Below, one piece after another: positions 28,493 through 37,558 of a DNA stretch of 64,000 nucleotides. Position numbers and translations under genes: made by a program. Under the pieces are notes generated by a model, which was not told the origin of the DNA, did not search any database, and was given only the letters and a program-made list of their open reading frames with translations. The stretch is taken from positions 132,452 to 196,451 of the forward strand of contig JBBSVO010000006.1 of the NCBI GenBank assembly GCA_038046805.1, in the 5' to 3' direction. Position 1 is the stretch's first letter. Each line of letters begins with the position of its first letter. The stretch is from Candidatus Micrarchaeota archaeon (GTDB lineage Archaea; Micrarchaeota; Micrarchaeia; Anstonellales; Bilamarchaeaceae).

Positions 28493-30052
28493 TTATTTTT
28501 TCGCATCTGGCCCTGGCTCAACTTTCGTGAATGGCACTGTTGCAGTTACGGTTCCAGCGTATGGTCCCCAACTCATGCTGAATGCGCCTTCATCAAAGCT
28601 GCATTGCGTTTGTGCAGCATCTCCCTTTGGAGTGCTTACAACCAATGTCGCGCATCCGACATATTCCGTAGGAACCCCCGTATCTGCCACCACGCCTTCT
28701 TTTGGTATCGCGTGAAGAACTGATACGGTCACAGTTTTCCCATCAGTTGTCGGTATTCCAGTGCTTGTACCTTCTGCGAGTACCCAGGTATAATCGTTAT
28801 TTGCATATGTCAGCTCTACCCCTGCCTTTGGAACCTTGCAATTCGGATTTCCATGAACCGGAGAACCAACAAGAACAGTTACAAAGATAACCTCTGTTCC
28901 AGTGCTGATAACATAATTCTCCGCAAGTGATGCGCTGCCCCAAACCCAGCTTGCGCCATCTATCGCATCAAACTTCATCATCAGGTTTCCGTTTTCATCC
29001 CGGGTTGCCTTATATGCTCCATCTGCTTGCTGTTCACAATCCAGGCTCACGAAAACTGCAGCACCTGTCATCACTCCGTAAAATTCGTGCTCTGAACTGC
29101 AGTCCTTTTCATCAAAAACCAATCGTTGCGGAACTGCGCCCATAGTTGTACCAAACGCTTCCAGTACACCCTTTTGCGTATAAGTCGCGGTTCCCTCAAA
29201 CTCATTCTTTACCTCGTACGTCCCGAAAAGTTGTGTTTTCAGTTCATCCTGAGTACCCTCAAGGTGAATAGTCACGGTTCCATCCGGATTTTCATCAATC
29301 GCGGATATTTTATATGCGACTCCATTGTATTCAAGGGTTCCTTCAACATAAACTGCGGCATCTGTTGCATCCGGCCCGACCTTTATCTGATACATTTTCG
29401 TAATCATGCTTCCGCCGCATTCCTCTTCAACCACCGGAGGCTGCGACGTCTCTATTGGTGTTGAGGTGTCTGCTCCTACATATTGTTCGCCATCTACAGT
29501 TTGTGGCGGGTACGAAGTATCCGCTCCCTGTGGTGGTTTTCCGCCATCCGTCCCACCCTCGGTAGTATCTACCTGTGGTGGAGTTGTAGTCTCTTCATCA
29601 GAAACAACTCCATCCCCGGTCTGAGATGGTTTTGCATCTGATTTCGAATCGGGTTTTGGCGGTGCGTTTCCATCTCCAGTTGCTGCTGAACCATCCTTTC
29701 CAGAAACAACATCCAAATAAACATCAACTCCTGCCCTTGGATTTGTAGAGCATTGATCTCCTTTACAATCCTTTGCAACTGCATCTCCCTGGGTAAACCC
29801 TCCGCCATTAACATCTGCAATGCATAATTCTCCCTCGCATTTCGGCTTGTCAGCGGTTGACGAAGAATCAGGGCATGCTGCAAGAGTTGCTCCTGATAAT
29901 GCAAGTCCTACTGCAGCCCCAAGAGCTTTTCCTGATTTTTGGGAAGCAATTTTCCCAACTTCCAACCCAAGACCTCCAAGTTCTGCCTTGAATGCTGCCC
30001 ACCCTTTGGAAGCGCCTTCTCTTAATTTTTGCCTTACAGTTGCATAGTTCAT
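28493..30052 (-). CDS. Secreted or lipoprotein-like acidic protein with Asp/Gly/Thr linker
   Basis: GAGGTG RBS; hydrophobic stretch ending LAAC; beta-rich, Cys-containing C-terminus. Confidence 0.72.
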   Translation of the reverse strand: MNYATVRQKLREGASKGWAAFKAELGGLGLEVGKIASQKSGKALGAAVGLALSGATLAACPDSSSTADKPKCEGELCIADVNGGGFTQGDAVAKDCKGDQCSTNPRAGVDVYLDVVSGKDGSAATGDGNAPPKPDSKSDAKPSQTGDGVVSDEETTTPPQVDTTEGGTDGGKPPQGADTSYPPQTVDGEQYVGADTSTPIETSQPPVVEEECGGSMITKMYQIKVGPDATDAAVYVEGTLEYNGVAYKISAIDENPDGTVTIHLEGTQDELKTQLFGTYEVKNEFEGTATYTQKGVLEAFGTTMGAVPQRLVFDEKDCSSEHEFYGVMTGAAVFVSLDCEQQADGAYKATRDENGNLMMKFDAIDGASWVWGSASLAENYVISTGTEVIFVTVLVGSPVHGNPNCKVPKAGVELTYANNDYTWVLAEGTSTGIPTTDGKTVTVSVLHAIPKEGVVADTGVPTEYVGCATLVVSTPKGDAAQTQCSFDEGAFSMSWGPYAGTVTATVPFTKVEPGPDAKK

Positions 30053-30152
30053 CAAAAACACCTCATATAATTAGATTTTGTAACATCCATTATTGTGAAG
30101 GAACATTTTTAAACATGAATCTGGACATCAACATTGATTCATTGGTGTATTT

Positions 30153-30548
30153 ATGCCTGTTCAGGATGTTATACTCGATACAAATTTCCTTCTCGTGCCT
30201 TATCAGTACAGAATAGACGTTCTCTCCGAGATTGAGCGCCTGTTGGATTCAAGGGTTCATTTCATCGTCCCTACGGGCGTTATTGCGGAATTAAAAAAAA
30301 TATCCAAGGTACGCGGTTCACAGGGAATGGCAGCCAAATTTGCACTCAAGCTTGTTGACGCGAACAAGCTGGCGCATAAGCTTTCAGTTCATCATTCAAT
30401 TGGCAGCGTGGATGACTGGATCGTCCATCTCGTGCATTCCAAAGGTTCGATCATCTGCACAAACGACGTGGAATTAAAAAAACGGGCAAAAAAGATTGGG
30501 GCTAAGATAATCTCAATGAAATCACGGAGCAAGATAGGTATTGTATAA
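30153..30548 (+). CDS. PIN domain protein (Fcf1/Utp24-like)
   Basis: VILDTNFLL, VIAELKK, VDDWI, CTNDVELK. Confidence 0.9.
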   Translation: MPVQDVILDTNFLLVPYQYRIDVLSEIERLLDSRVHFIVPTGVIAELKKISKVRGSQGMAAKFALKLVDANKLAHKLSVHHSIGSVDDWIVHLVHSKGSIICTNDVELKKRAKKIGAKIISMKSRSKIGIV

Positions 30549-30584
30549 AGTTTGCATAATCTACTGCGGTTGGTGTTTACACAA

Positions 30585-30896
30585 ATGTTGCTTGAAATCT
30601 TCATTGGCACGATAATCATCGCACTTGCGCTTTACTCAATCTGGAAGTTAACCGAGTCGCCCATCTCATTCAATAATAATATCTCTCGCGGTAAAAACAC
30701 CTTGAACATTGAGGCAAAGAGGGACATAGATTATTTGGTTATTCTGGATAAAATCGGAAAAGCGCAGCATATTTCATTTGTCCGCAGGAACATAAAGAAC
30801 GGAGAAACACTGGAATTCACTTATCCAGCATCGTCCCATACTGCAAAAATAGTTCTTGAATGCAAAAACAAAACTTATGAATTCGAGGTTATTTAA
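30585..30896 (+). CDS. Small membrane-anchored hypothetical protein
   Basis: N-terminal TM; GGTG RBS; stop overlaps the next start. Confidence 0.65.
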   Translation: MLLEIFIGTIIIALALYSIWKLTESPISFNNNISRGKNTLNIEAKRDIDYLVILDKIGKAQHISFVRRNIKNGETLEFTYPASSHTAKIVLECKNKTYEFEVI

Positions 30897-32005
30897 TGGC
30901 TGAGAGCAAAGGAAATGCCAAAATGCCAATTTTGCTTTACCGTGGGGAGCATTTTGATTCAAATTTTTTCTATTCTTCCGGAGTTGATCTAGACCACTCA
31001 TTTTTTCTTTCAAATCCCCGGGTTCTTTTTGTTCCGAAGCTTAATTTCACGCTTGCCAGAAGATTGTTTTCCGGACGGGTTATCGCTTATTCGAATGTTT
31101 CCGAGGTTTTAGGAAAGTTTATACGGAAAAAACAAATCAGAATGCTCGGAACAGACTTCCGTTCTCTTCCGGTTTCGGCTTATAAAAAACTGTCAAAACT
31201 AGCGCGTTTGAAGGACTATTCCGAGCAGTTTTTGCTCGTTCGCGCTAAAAAGCGGAAAAACGAAATATCAAAAATACGAAAAGCAGTTCAATTTTCAAAA
31301 AAGATTTTCTCAGAATTGGAATCTCGGATCCATCATATGAAGACCGAAAGCGACGTGCGCAGCTTTCTTCTCACCCGCACGCTTGAACTGGGTTTAGAAC
31401 CTGCATTTGAACCCATTACTGCAAGCGGCTCAAATTCGAGATTCCCACATTACCAGTCCGGGAATAATGCGAAGTTGCACGATATGGTTTTGGTGGATTA
31501 TGGCGTGCGATACGAACATTATTGCAGCGATTTAACCAGGTGTTTTTTCCTTAAGCACGGTACAAAAGCAGAGAAAACCTATTTGGTTATGCAGGAAATG
31601 TTCGCGGATATTATAGATAATTTCCCAGATTTCGTCTCAGGAAAAGATCTCGCGGTTTTCACTGAAAAATTATACGCGAAGCATAGTCTTCCACTCCCGC
31701 CGCATTCAATAGGTCATGGGATCGGACTTGATGTTCATGAATACCCCCGACTAAGCAAAAGATACAAAGATCTGCTCGTTGGAACAACGATGGCGATTGA
31801 ACCGTCTGCTTATTTCAATTCATTTGAAAAACGCAGCTTGCGGAAACCCTGCACTTCAGTGCTGGGAGGAGCGTTTTTCAAAAGCTTTGCTCTTCGGCCC
31901 TTGAAACCGCTGCCTTTAGGTTGCGGTGGCCGAATGAGCAAATCATTCGGGGTCAGGTTTGAGGAAACAATTGAATTCAACGGAAAAAAGGCGAAGGTTT
32001 TATAA
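30896..32005 (+). CDS. Xaa-Pro aminopeptidase (M24B) carrying a 41-aa in-frame insertion
   Basis: PHY, VDYG, YCSDLTR, HSIGHGIGLDVHE, IEP...GVRFEE metal ligands. Confidence 0.92.
   Translation: MAESKGNAKMPILLYRGEHFDSNFFYSSGVDLDHSFFLSNPRVLFVPKLNFTLARRLFSGRVIAYSNVSEVLGKFIRKKQIRMLGTDFRSLPVSAYKKLSKLARLKDYSEQFLLVRAKKRKNEISKIRKAVQFSKKIFSELESRIHHMKTESDVRSFLLTRTLELGLEPAFEPITASGSNSRFPHYQSGNNAKLHDMVLVDYGVRYEHYCSDLTRCFFLKHGTKAEKTYLVMQEMFADIIDNFPDFVSGKDLAVFTEKLYAKHSLPLPPHSIGHGIGLDVHEYPRLSKRYKDLLVGTTMAIEPSAYFNSFEKRSLRKPCTSVLGGAFFKSFALRPLKPLPLGCGGRMSKSFGVRFEETIEFNGKKAKVL
31820..31947. mobile_element. Palindromic mini-element, copy 1 (123 bp plus TCATT repeat), in-frame inside the peptidase
   Basis: TCATT at 31820 and 31943; near-identical to 36159-36330; removal restores YFNSFGVR. 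Confidence 0.85.
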
Positions 32006-32037
32006 TTTGTTCAGCGTCTAATCTTTTATTATTCTTC

Positions 32038-32087
32038 GCAGGGATAGCAATCCGCTTGAACTGATGTTCAAATCTTGTCATCCCTGC
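32038..32087 (+). other. tRNA-Leu-derived mini-hairpin (5' and 3' tRNA ends without D or anticodon arms)
   Basis: GCAGGGATAGCAA equals tRNA nt 1-13; GTTCAAATCTTG and TCCCTGC match the tRNA 3' part. Confidence 0.7.
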
Positions 32088-32127
32088 TTTAGGTATTTAT
32101 TCGTACCTATCCTAAATTCATACTACT

Positions 32128-32251
32128 GCAGGGATAGCAAAGCCTGGTCAAATGCGCAGGACTTAAGGAGCCTTTTGACTTCTAAGTAGGTCTGTGGTTT
32201 CGGAAATCCTGTCGCTTAGTGCGTTCGCAAGTTCAAATCTTGCTCCCTGCA
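32128..32251 (+). tRNA. tRNA-Leu(UAA) with 38-nt intron at canonical 37/38 (32168-32205)
   Basis: GCAGGGA/TCCCTGC acceptor stem, CAGGA-CTTAAG^A-TCCTG anticodon arm, long variable arm, GTTCAAATC T loop; relaxed BHB. Confidence 0.93.
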
Positions 32252-32454
32252 TTTTGTTTTCATCTGAGTTCTTCGGGTTTTTCGTGAGGAAATACCTCAT
32301 GAACTACCTTCCGTCAGTGAAGGTTCTGACGTAAGATCTATTTAAGCCCTGGCCTGAGGCGAGTTAGACGATTGCCTAATTAATAGTAGTCCAACGAGTC
32401 ATGGTGCTTATTTTTAAATCCTTTGAACACTAATATACTTCAATGCACACAACT

Positions 32455-34049
32455 ATGTCTAGATCAAGAGAACATAGAGCCGACCATGCAGGTAACACCA
32501 GCCATAAACAATTTGTCAGACCAAATCCAATGTTGTCGTTTTATCAAGACCCAGAAAATCCAAACTGGACTTATTTTGGAACAGGTTCTGCAGGTGCAAA
32601 AGCAGACTGGCTTTATGATAAAAGTCCGATTATAAGAGCTAATGGTTTTATCGAAGATCCAAGAACTGTTCTTAGAATGGGTTTGTTCGAAGATCATAGA
32701 AACAGAAATGGTTTAGACCGAGCGATTAGAAACCCAGAGATCTTAGGGCACTTAGGAATCTTACACTCAACAGTCCTTTTAACAAAAGGGAAGTTGAAGT
32801 TCTAGAGTATATCCTAGATCGTATTCCAGAAAAAACCCCCATGGTCGTGCGTTCATCGGCCCATGGAGACGCTGCGGGAACTGGATTTTACGATAGTGTT
32901 TTTTATATGAAAACTGGAAATAAAAAAACAGACTTAGCAAATCTCGAACTAGCAATAAAAACCGTTCTTGCAAGTGAATTTTCACAAAGAGCTTATGCTT
33001 TTAGACAAAAAAGAGAGTTAGATCATGGCGTTGCAGTCATGATCGAACCCGCTTTTGTACGAGATGTGACCCAAGAAGTTGTTGAAACAAATCACCTACG
33101 TGAATTGGATAAGGGTACGTACCTTTCACCTGATATTTCTGGTTTTGCATATACAAGTACAGAAACTGGCCGGGGGTTTGCCGGGGTTGTACTTGGTTTG
33201 CCAACTTCTGCAGTAGCGGGCAAGGGCGCAGTAATAACTATCAGACATTCTGATAACGACAGCTTATTTGGTCGTGTACCTTGGGATACGCTACCACGAT
33301 TTCAAGATTTAGTAGATCAGGCAGTCGTCTTTGATACTAGAAATGGCCAGTTAAGCGCTGCTGGGTTTTATACAGAAACAGCGCATTATGAGTTAGACAA
33401 ATTATTTGGACCATTACTTGGTCTAGAACGAGATATTGGAGAACCGATTTATGCTGAATGGGCTTTGAGACGAATAAAGGGGCAGGTAGAACGAGCGATT
33501 TTGCAAATTTCGGGAGTTTCTAGATCTGATTATTCTGTAGTTTTTCCAGCAGATCCCAAAAATATTTTTGCAAGTGCAGAATTTGTTCTGAGAAGCGGAT
33601 GTGAAGATTGTCAGGGTATATTCTTCTTACCTGATACTGTTTCGGCCAGACAACTTGCAGAATTTAATAAAACCCACAAAGGATATGTACTAGTGGCAGA
33701 TTACAAATTCTTTTCAGATGTACGTGGTCAGCATGATTATCTTGCACCAAGAGTTAATGTTTTGAGGGATTTCCATTTAGACTATGGCCAATTTGATAAT
33801 ACATCTGCAATTCTTGTATGCGGTCCACCTGAAGCAAAAAATTCCGTAAAGGGACACTTCGAAGGTGCCTTAAAAGAAGCACAAGTTGTTGGCGGATTTA
33901 ATATCGGTATGGTTGACTACGTACGTGAACGTCTTGCTTCATTGATGGGTTTGGAAAGAGAAGGACTTGACGGTAAGAATTTTGTTAATGGAAATATTCG
34001 GGCAATTGCAAGTGCGAAAGAACAGAAAATGTTACTTATTTTAGGTTAA
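32455..34049 (+). pseudogene. PEP/pyruvate-binding (PPDK_N-like) protein split by a 1-bp frameshift near 32730-32780
   Basis: GAKADWL in the first ORF; VVRSSAHGD, AIKTVLAS, VAVMIEP, ISGFAYT, EWA in the second; second frame open back to about 32730. Confidence 0.7.
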
Positions 34050-34327
34050 TTTAACCGTTAAATTTGTTTATCATAAATCTTGCAAATTTTCAACTTTTTC
34101 TCATTCGATAAGCTTAGTTTTTGCTCGAACTTCTTCGAGAATATATAAAGGGATGGCGAGTTCCATACCCTTGAAGCGTATCTCTTGCGAGTTCAACATC
34201 TGAAAGGCTACATTTTTCTGTTTTTCAAGTATGACAATTCTCCATACTTCAAACGATCCGGGCGTTAATTCGCTTGAGTTCACTCAGAAACTCGTGCAGA
34301 AGTATATTGATACCAAAGCCGTAAAAG

Positions 34328-34705
34328 TTCGTGTACATGATTTCGTTAATTCTATTCGTGCACACGGTTTTTTGACCCTTAAAACTTCGTGTGTTTCGCC
34401 TATTTTCAAGTTATAAACAAGCACACGAAAATCACACGAACTTAGGCGATCTGGAATCCACAACACGCAAGAAACGGCGTTCTGGCGCATATATTGGTGT
34501 GTGTGAGTGCTGAGTGAAAGCATGAGCACACGATCAAACACACGACTTCAAATGAATTAAGGCGTAGAACACACGAAGTCGCTAGTTTTTCCGTTCCTTG
34601 ATGGAGAGAGTGAGAAAGAAAGAGAGTTAACACCTATTCTTGCATTATAAGCAAACACACGAAAAACACTCGACTTCGCTCGGATTAAGCGTTAGAACAT
34701 ACGAA
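34328..34705. repeat. Array of CACACGA-type motifs, inverted left of about 34400 and direct to the right
   Basis: Direct copies near 34421, 34432, 34526, 34538, 34569, 34655, 34666, 34697; reverse copies (TTCGTG) near 34328, 34355, 34386. Confidence 0.75.
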
Positions 34706-34746
34706 ATCAAGCGAATTGGCTACACTGAATAGATAGAGAGATAAAA

Positions 34747-35955
34747 CTAGAAAAACGTTTTATCCAATCCTTTCTCAACTATTTTCTTGAGAAGCAAATT
34801 CTTGACTTCTTCGTCTTCAATAAGGATATTCATTAGTTCATTTGGTTTCTTGTTCGGATCAATTAACAATGTTTTTTCATCAAGAGGGTTTCCGCATTTA
34901 CCGCAGAATGATTGGACTGGCGAGTTTTTCTCTTTACAACGTAAGCAAGTTTTGATATTCAGTTTAACTTCTTTTTCTTCTGTTTTTTCTTTCAATGAAT
35001 AGACCTGCAATAACGCGTTATCAACATCCCGACCTGACAAATGAACATAGGTTGAAGCCATGTCTGAGCCTTGCGTCCAGCCAAAGTGTTCTTTCATCTG
35101 ACTTTCAGTAAGTTTGTTTGCCAACGCAGTGGCTCTTGAATGTCTAAACAAATGAGGATGAACTCTTTTCCGTATCCCTGCCTTTTCAGCAAGTGTTTTG
35201 ACAAGCACGTAGATCGAGGCATAGCGGAGATATCTATTTTTGTCCGAGTAATTAGTTGCAGACTGGGGCCATAAAGCAGCTTCTGGATCTTTTCTTGCAG
35301 GATGGATGTCAATCCAAGATGTCAGGATTGGAGCAGCCATTATTATGCGAACTCGTCTATCGCCTGTTTTGCCAGTTACTCTTAGCACAGCTCCGTATTG
35401 GTCAAAGCTGACATTTTTCATCCGCAAACTTAATATTTCGCCTATTCTGCAACCAGATTCGTATAAAACCGTGATAAATGCGCGATCTCTTTGCGTGGTT
35501 GCCATTTCAGCCATTTTCAAAACTTCGTCTTCAGTTAGCAAATGCTCGGGTAGTTTGTGATTTTCATTCTTTAGCTTTGGAGTAAGCCACCGTATCTCTG
35601 GAGGGAAAATCTCATCATTTCCTTTCAACCATTTATAGAACATTTTGAGAACGATTTTGAAGTCGTATTTGGTATGCTCTGCATAGTCCTTTGTTTCCAG
35701 GCTTCCGATCAAGTTTATGAGGTCGTCCTTTGTGGCTTCCTTAAATGGTTTCTGAAGCCATATCGCCAGGAACCTTAGGCAGTATATGACTTTTGCCACC
35801 CGGCCGTGTCCAGAGCCTTTTGCCAAGCGTATATTAGCAAATGCCTTGATCTCCTCGATGTTTTCTTTTCCAATGCCCTTTTGTTTACTTAACTGCTGCA
35901 GGCTTAATTCTAGCCTGCGCGGATAGTCATACAATTCCAACCTTCCGTTTTTCAT
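34747..35955 (-). CDS. Tyrosine recombinase/integrase with C-terminal Zn ribbon
   Basis: LYESGCRIGE (R), GKTG (K), HPHLFRHSRAT (HxxR), HFGW, TYVHL (Y); CLRC...CGKCG. Confidence 0.95.
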   Translation of the reverse strand: MKNGRLELYDYPRRLELSLQQLSKQKGIGKENIEEIKAFANIRLAKGSGHGRVAKVIYCLRFLAIWLQKPFKEATKDDLINLIGSLETKDYAEHTKYDFKIVLKMFYKWLKGNDEIFPPEIRWLTPKLKNENHKLPEHLLTEDEVLKMAEMATTQRDRAFITVLYESGCRIGEILSLRMKNVSFDQYGAVLRVTGKTGDRRVRIIMAAPILTSWIDIHPARKDPEAALWPQSATNYSDKNRYLRYASIYVLVKTLAEKAGIRKRVHPHLFRHSRATALANKLTESQMKEHFGWTQGSDMASTYVHLSGRDVDNALLQVYSLKEKTEEKEVKLNIKTCLRCKEKNSPVQSFCGKCGNPLDEKTLLIDPNKKPNELMNILIEDEEVKNLLLKKIVEKGLDKTFF

Positions 35956-36031
35956 GGTATTACCTCTGACGGAAGATCTACTTATAGTTCAGTGTCGATA
36001 TTGACATTATCGTGCTATATTCAAGCCATTC

Positions 36032-36148
36032 AGAACTCAGAGGTGGTCTGATCATGTTCCCCCTGCATTTCTTTTTGGTCTGAGTTCTTACGCTTTTTTC
36101 ACGTAAAGCTCAGAACACAGAGGCGGTCTGTGCATGTGCTCCCTGCAT
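36032..36148. repeat. Two att-like sites at exact 80-bp spacing
   Basis: CAGAACTCAGAGGTGGTCTG...CCCTGCAT and CAGAACACAGAGGCGGTCTG...CCCTGCAT; inverted arm TCTGAGTTCT at 36079-36088. Confidence 0.85.
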
Positions 36149-36158
36149 ATATTTTTTG

Positions 36159-36330
36159 TCATTTGAAAAACGCAGCTTGCGGAAACCCTGCACTTCAGTG
36201 CTGGGAGGAGCGTTTTTCAAAAGCTTTGACGCGCTTCGCGTCAAAATTTGACATCATGGATGTCAAAGCCTTGCTCTTCGGCCCTTGAAACAGCTGCCTT
36301 TAGGCTGCGGTGGCCGAATGAGCAAATCAT
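36159..36330. mobile_element. Palindromic mini-element, copy 2 (168 bp plus TCAT repeat), with two extra hairpins
   Basis: First about 70 bp identical to copy 1; 45-bp insert; last about 57 bp with 2 mismatches. Confidence 0.85.
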
Positions 36331-36434
36331 AGTCCTGGCTTTGCCAGACGGGCAAATGACTATAATCTATATGTTATATCAACTATATGGTCTTTATAGC
36401 AACAATTAAAAACTGTTCGAGGGTATAACTAATC

Positions 36435-37052
36435 ATGGATTTAGACAAAAACTCCATCTTTTCAACCAATTGGCGCATGTTCTACTGCCTCAGGCCATTC
36501 CAGTTCGATCCGCTTGGCGAGAAATACGGACTGGAGATAGAACGTGAAATCAGCGCTACGGGATTCGATATCTCCCACGAGACTGTTTTTGCATATTTGA
36601 ATCATTATTGCAGGTCGGGCATACTCAGGAAAAAAAAGAGGGGCAGACAAACATACTTTTCAGTTGTTCCTGAGAATGCGATGTCTGTCCTCGCCCTTCT
36701 TGAGCAGGAGCGCACACATTTATTCCTCCAGAAATCCAAGCTTGCCATGCTGCTGACAGAAATTTCTTTCGAATGCAGTTTTGCCCTGCTTTTTGGTTCT
36801 GCCGCAAGAAGCCAGGAAAGGGAAAGCAGCGACGTAGACATTCTAGTTGTAGATGGAAAATCAAACGAGGATATAATCTCAAAAAAAGAAGCAGTATTCG
36901 GAATCAAGATAAGCATTCATTCTGTTTCTATGAAGGAACTCAAGAGTCAATGGCACAAGGAGCCAGTCTACAAGGGCATATGGAGAGACAGGACCATACT
37001 TAAGAATTATACTAGATTTTGGGAATTGGCCTTGAAGGAGGGAAAACCATGA
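36435..37052 (+). CDS. wHTH + minimal nucleotidyltransferase (MNT antitoxin)
   Basis: LLFGSAARSQERESSDVDILVV. Confidence 0.88.
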   Translation: MDLDKNSIFSTNWRMFYCLRPFQFDPLGEKYGLEIEREISATGFDISHETVFAYLNHYCRSGILRKKKRGRQTYFSVVPENAMSVLALLEQERTHLFLQKSKLAMLLTEISFECSFALLFGSAARSQERESSDVDILVVDGKSNEDIISKKEAVFGIKISIHSVSMKELKSQWHKEPVYKGIWRDRTILKNYTRFWELALKEGKP

Positions 37053-37558
37053 AGCTTGAAAGATGTTTCGAAGGAACGCCAGAAATACCACCAAGACTTA
37101 TTGAGCAGGGTGTGGATATTGACGCTGCAAAAACCCATCTGGAAAAAGCCGAGCATAATCTTCATGCTGCACAAAAAATGGCAGAAAACAAATTCTTCGA
37201 CTGGCAGATAGTGTGCGCTTACTATTCAATGTACCACGCCACGATGGCGGCATTGTTTTTGGTTGGGCTTGAAGCCAGGTCACATGAATGCGCAATCGCT
37301 GCTTTCGAGGCGTTCTACATAAACAAAAAGGTTCCAAAGGAATACACTGCCTACCTGAAGAACGCCAAACAGCTTAGCAAGACATATTCGGATACTTTGG
37401 CTGATGCAAAGACGGAACGGATAAAGGCGTCGTATGGTCTAGGAGAGATAAAATCCGATCAGGCAGGCAAAGTAATGTCCAATGCACGTGCGTTTGTAGG
37501 AGAGATAAAGACTCTCGTTTATGCTGCTTCTGGAAACGAATATGTGAAGATGAAATGA
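37049..37558 (+). CDS. HEPN domain protein (toxin partner of MNT)
   Basis: KAEHNL.AA, AYYSMYHA..AAL, RSHECA, RIKASY; ATGA overlap with MNT. Confidence 0.88.
   Translation: MKLERCFEGTPEIPPRLIEQGVDIDAAKTHLEKAEHNLHAAQKMAENKFFDWQIVCAYYSMYHATMAALFLVGLEARSHECAIAAFEAFYINKKVPKEYTAYLKNAKQLSKTYSDTLADAKTERIKASYGLGEIKSDQAGKVMSNARAFVGEIKTLVYAASGNEYVKMK

Larger units (their letters stand above)
32241..36148. mobile_element. Integrative element(s) at the tRNA-Leu 3' end
   Basis: TGCTCCCTGCAT at 32241-32252 and 36137-36148; third core CCCTGCAT at 36061-36068; encodes a tyrosine integrase. Confidence 0.85.

Noticed and set aside
31820..31947. Insert as an archaeal BHB mRNA intron
   Set aside because: I could not build a bulge-helix-bulge across its boundaries; left open only as an RT-PCR check
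32160..32300. ORF antisense to tRNA-Leu as an SSV1-type split integrase N-fragment
   Set aside because: The integrase at 34747-35955 is intact with its own start; the antisense ORF is short and featureless
34101..34541. Two in-frame minus-strand ORFs separated by one TGA (possible readthrough or selenocysteine)
   Set aside because: No recognisable protein, and the upstream part overlaps the CACACGA motif array; cannot be supported
36032..36148. Two 38-bp repeats with a spacer resembling a mini-CRISPR
   Set aside because: Repeats are imperfect, end in the tRNA 3' core and adjoin an integrase; no cas genes in the window
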